Shown here piece by piece: positions 55,417-58,373 of a stretch of DNA of 58,373 bases. Position 1 is the first letter of the stretch. Every line of letters begins with the position of its first letter. Source of the stretch: Promethearchaeota archaeon (lineage in GTDB: Archaea; Asgardarchaeota; Lokiarchaeia; Sigyniarchaeales; SOKP01). Below the pieces are notes generated by a model. That model was not told the origin of the DNA. It searched no databases and was given only the letters and a program-made list of their open reading frames with translations. The translations under genes and the position numbers were made by a program. The stretch lies in the NCBI GenBank assembly GCA_048941605.1, contig JBHLNL010000006.1, positions 1 through 58,373 of the forward strand. The letters run 5' to 3'.

Positions 55417-56528
55417 TAGAACAACAAATAAAACTTGTAAGAACAAGAAATACTTGCAGCAAATGTGTAAATGATATTTCTGTTTCTGGAATCTCATTTA
55501 ATGGAAATAATACATGCAATTACTGTGAGGCATATGAAAGAAAGCAAGTAAAACTAACTGATTATGATGCCTTAATGAAATTATGGCTTGGAAGATTGAA
55601 AAGATACAAGGGACAAGGAGATTATGATGCTTTAGTTGGGCTCTCAGGAGGGAAGGATAGTACCTATGTATTGCACCAATTAAAAAATACCTACGGATTA
55701 AAAGTAAAAGCTTGGACATTAGATCAAGGATTCCTAACCAAATGGTCTAAAGAAAGAATAGAAAGTATTGTATCAGAATTAGGAGTAGATCATGAATATA
55801 GTGTTGTAGATCGAGAAAAAATCGCCCCTCTCTATATTCTATCGATAATGGCAACGGGAGGTCCTTGCTACACCTGTAGTTATGTAATGTACGGGTTATT
55901 CATAAAGACTGCTTCTGAGCAAAATATTCCGATGGCCATTCATGGACGTTCCAGACCTCAGATGTTAAAGATCTATTCTCCACATAATGAACTTGATCCT
56001 TACAAACCATTTCTAGAAATGTCGTTAAAACCGATTGAAGACGTTAACCTCACAAAGACCTATGAGGATATATTGTCAGTATTACATAAAATTTTACCTG
56101 CTAACGAAGTGGAGAAATTCAGTGAATTCTTCCCCAATCTTGATACAGGATATATCGCAGAATTTATTCCTTACTTTCTCTACCATCCTTATGATGAAAC
56201 GAAACTAGTGGAATTTCTTGAAGCCAATATGAATTGGAAACGCCACCAAAACTATGATGTCTTTACACATTTTGACTGTGCTGCTCATGATGCGTCTGGT
56301 TATTTATATGAAATAGCTGATGGGAGACCATTTATTATGCCAGAATTAAGTGTGTCCATACGAGAAGGAGTTATCTCTCGAGAAGAAGCAGTAAAAAGAT
56401 TAGAAAGAGAAACTTTTCTGAGATTTCCTACCCAATCTATGGAGACTTTAGCTAGTTATGTAAAAAAAAGTCAAAGATCCCTAATTTCTAATGCGAGACG
56501 CATAGCTAAGAGAAGGGGGTATATTTAA
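55413..56528 (+). CDS. Zinc-ribbon PP-loop ATP-pyrophosphatase, N-acetyl-sugar amidotransferase-like (PseA/WbpG family), paralog 1
   Basis: The N-terminal CSKCV...ISFNGNNTCNYC is followed by YDALVGLSGGKDSTYV (the SGGxDS PP-loop) and an internal CYTC. At 371 aa it matches this family's size. Confidence 0.7.
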   Translation: MIEQQIKLVRTRNTCSKCVNDISVSGISFNGNNTCNYCEAYERKQVKLTDYDALMKLWLGRLKRYKGQGDYDALVGLSGGKDSTYVLHQLKNTYGLKVKAWTLDQGFLTKWSKERIESIVSELGVDHEYSVVDREKIAPLYILSIMATGGPCYTCSYVMYGLFIKTASEQNIPMAIHGRSRPQMLKIYSPHNELDPYKPFLEMSLKPIEDVNLTKTYEDILSVLHKILPANEVEKFSEFFPNLDTGYIAEFIPYFLYHPYDETKLVEFLEANMNWKRHQNYDVFTHFDCAAHDASGYLYEIADGRPFIMPELSVSIREGVISREEAVKRLERETFLRFPTQSMETLASYVKKSQRSLISNARRIAKRRGYI

Positions 56529-56561
56529 CTTCTTAATAACAGATAATAGAAACGTGATTAT

Positions 56562-57734
56562 ATGATCGAAAGACAACATATATGTAATAAATGCATTTTA
56601 CCAGATGGCTTTTTAGGCATCAATTTAGATTCTAAAGGAGAATGCAATTTTTGTCGTGATCCAAAACATGAAAATGTTAACTGGACTCGAACTGTAATTG
56701 ATCAAAAAAGAAGGGATAATGCTCTAAAAGATTGGAATTCAATAGTAAAGGATATGCAAAAAAACCATGGAAAAGCCCAATATGATTGCATTTTAGGATA
56801 TTCTGGGGGTAAAGATTCTACTGCTCTCCTAGATTATTTGGTGAATAAATTGAAATTAGACCCTTTATGTGTTACTTCAGATACAGGGTTTATGACAAGC
56901 ATTGCAAAAGACAATATGAGAGATACTTTAGCTCAAATTAATGTTGACCATGTATTAATTGAAGAATGTATCCCAACTTTTACTAAACTCTACAAATGGC
57001 ATTTTTTTAACCATAGTTCGAATGAAAAGTTCCTTGCTCGATTTATCTGTGATTATTGCTCTGATCTAATTCATAGCATCGTCGTAAAACAAGCCATCAA
57101 ACGTGAAATTCCATATGTCTTTTTTGGATATTCACCAGATCAAATTGCACGCTATTTTTTTGAAATGTCAAGAGAACAAATTATTGAAGAATGGATGCCA
57201 GATTTAGTTTTCAACGATCCCGTCTTTGATGGTTCTGATAAACAATGGTATTTAGCATATGAAGAAATTAATAGTGGAAAACTCCCTAGAGTGCTTTTAC
57301 CATATCATGTGATACCATATCATGAACGAGATATCATCAAGCTTGTAGAATCTAAAAAATATATTAAGAAAGGACATGCTGACCCTCTTTTAACTAATTG
57401 TAATGTAGTTCACGCAGCAACTTTTTATGATTTTAATCGATATGGTGGGATTCTATATGCCTATCAATATGCTGAATTAGTAAGACAAAATCCAGAATCA
57501 CGTAAAAAATGGCTTAGAACATTAAAAATATCTGCTCCGCTTATTCTCGAAAATAATTTTAAGCGAAAGGAAGTAAATGCATTTTTAAATAAGATTGGTG
57601 TTTCTCAGGATGAATTGCTAGAACATGTCAAACTACAATTAGAACAAGATCCAAATAAAGAAAAAATACAGACTAATATAAATCTCTTCAGGAAAAAGCG
57701 AACAAATAGAATTTCTGTACCAAACTCAAATTAA
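56562..57734 (+). CDS. Zinc-ribbon PP-loop ATP-pyrophosphatase, N-acetyl-sugar amidotransferase-like, paralog 2
   Basis: CNKCILPDGFLGINLDSKGECNFC...NW......YDCILGYSGGKDSTAL closely follows the PseA-type N-terminus (C.KCV.P.T.P...FDE.G.C..C ... YDC...SGGKDS). Confidence 0.7.
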   Translation: MIERQHICNKCILPDGFLGINLDSKGECNFCRDPKHENVNWTRTVIDQKRRDNALKDWNSIVKDMQKNHGKAQYDCILGYSGGKDSTALLDYLVNKLKLDPLCVTSDTGFMTSIAKDNMRDTLAQINVDHVLIEECIPTFTKLYKWHFFNHSSNEKFLARFICDYCSDLIHSIVVKQAIKREIPYVFFGYSPDQIARYFFEMSREQIIEEWMPDLVFNDPVFDGSDKQWYLAYEEINSGKLPRVLLPYHVIPYHERDIIKLVESKKYIKKGHADPLLTNCNVVHAATFYDFNRYGGILYAYQYAELVRQNPESRKKWLRTLKISAPLILENNFKRKEVNAFLNKIGVSQDELLEHVKLQLEQDPNKEKIQTNINLFRKKRTNRISVPNSN

Positions 57735-57790
57735 ATTCTTAATTTTTAATTATTTCTTATTAAAAAAAAGATAGAATAAAATTTAATGAA

Positions 57791-58159
57791 TTAATATTTA
57801 GATTTTCTAATATACCCTATAAAGATAATTATACTAATTATAATGTCTACAATTTCTGTAATTACAACGAACAATGCGTTTTCTCCAATAATAAATTGTA
57901 TTAAAGGGCGAATTATCTGAGAAATCAAATATGCTCCAAATCCTATAGTTAACAGTAAAGTATTAACCTGGGATAGTCTTTTATTACGGTGTGAGAAATA
58001 AAACATCCATGTAATTACTAAGAATGAGCAAACAATAAAGATCGCGATATTTATACCCGCAAAAGTTGTGTTCGGAGTTATAATTATCAATGTTGCTTCT
58101 ATTGCAGCTATAATTCCTAATATTATTAATGAAACTCTATTTATCTTCTTGGAATCCAT
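57791..58159 (-). CDS. Small integral membrane protein, hypothetical
   Basis: 122 aa with 3-4 hydrophobic helices. Confidence 0.55.
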   Translation of the reverse strand: MDSKKINRVSLIILGIIAAIEATLIIITPNTTFAGINIAIFIVCSFLVITWMFYFSHRNKRLSQVNTLLLTIGFGAYLISQIIRPLIQFIIGENALFVVITEIVDIIISIIIFIGYIRKSKY

Positions 58160-58373
58160 ATCTTTACCCCATATCAGATTTATCTGGAAATGAATGAAGC
58201 ATTCCTGCAGAAATTAAACAGCGGTATTATCTCCCTTCTTGCAGATTAGACGCACCTCAATAAAAAACCCCGTTAGAAAATATTCCCCAAAAGCTAGTTG
58301 AAATATATAACAAGAGTAGGCGAGAAAAAAAGGCAAAATATTTATATCAAAGCATAAAAGTAAGATGTATAGA

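Noticed and set aside
58170-58265. Possible small RNA: a TGAATGA C-box-like motif plus an imperfect CTGCAGAA / TTCTTGCAG stem near the right window edge.
   Set aside because: No D box (CTGA) lies at the required spacing and the stem is imperfect. No other support exists, and the region is more likely just promoter or 5' sequence of the 58159 gene.
1-58373. Search by eye for CRISPR arrays, tRNA/rRNA genes, transposases, integrases or recognisable defence systems.
   Set aside because: No regularly spaced repeats were seen. No T-loop or acceptor-stem-like GC-rich ~75-nt islands were seen. No transposase or integrase motifs were seen. The only GC-rich non-coding island is the SRP RNA.

Overview
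Visibly AT-rich archaeal chromosomal window. Archaeal markers are an archaeal/eukaryotic-type ribosomal protein S10, a ~300-nt archaeal-type SRP RNA, Lrp/AsnC regulators and V4R proteins. Several small proteins with eukaryote-like folds make an Asgard/Lokiarchaeia-like origin plausible but unproven. About 55 protein genes are present. From the left: a partial DmsAB-type molybdopterin oxidoreductase, 4-hydroxybutyryl-CoA dehydratase and a nitronate-monooxygenase-family enzyme. A loose nitrogen-assimilation neighbourhood follows: carAB, glnA divergent from an Lrp regulator, a stand-alone GltB-type FMN domain, guaA, an NfnA-like gene plus a wHTH-ferredoxin-FrhB-GltD/NfnB fusion, and gdhA. Also present are a heterodimeric ABC exporter, oligoendopeptidase F, a nucleotide-sugar dehydrogenase, rhomboid protease, CheY-like receiver, Bud23-like methyltransferase with a coupled radical SAM gene, S10, a bactofilin-like protein, IMPase, MPG glycosylase, two tandem V4R paralogs, SRP RNA and an Ldh_2 dehydrogenase. 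The right end holds a divergent cluster of a tandem-GNAT-like protein, a radical SAM/SPASM enzyme and two zinc-ribbon PP-loop amidotransferase paralogs. No rRNA, tRNA, CRISPR array, transposase or integrase was recognised. Main second-look items: (1) two paralogous micro-ORFs with an in-frame TGA next to Cys and a shared 3' hairpin element, which are candidate small selenoproteins. (2) At least six genes whose conserved N-termini or whole ORFs lack any ATG/GTG/TTG but have ATA/ATT/ATC behind a GGTG-type Shine-Dalgarno, including S10 and carB with the codon exactly at the ortholog Met position. (3) The rSAM/SPASM plus twin PP-loop plus GNAT-like cluster, with a translationally coupled 31-codon ORF. 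(4) A recurring GGGAAW-N2-WTTCCC palindrome in three promoters. (5) A 38-bp direct repeat duplicating the 3' end of a radical SAM gene around a 1.1-kb single-gene insertion. (6) The FrhB-NfnB fusion.
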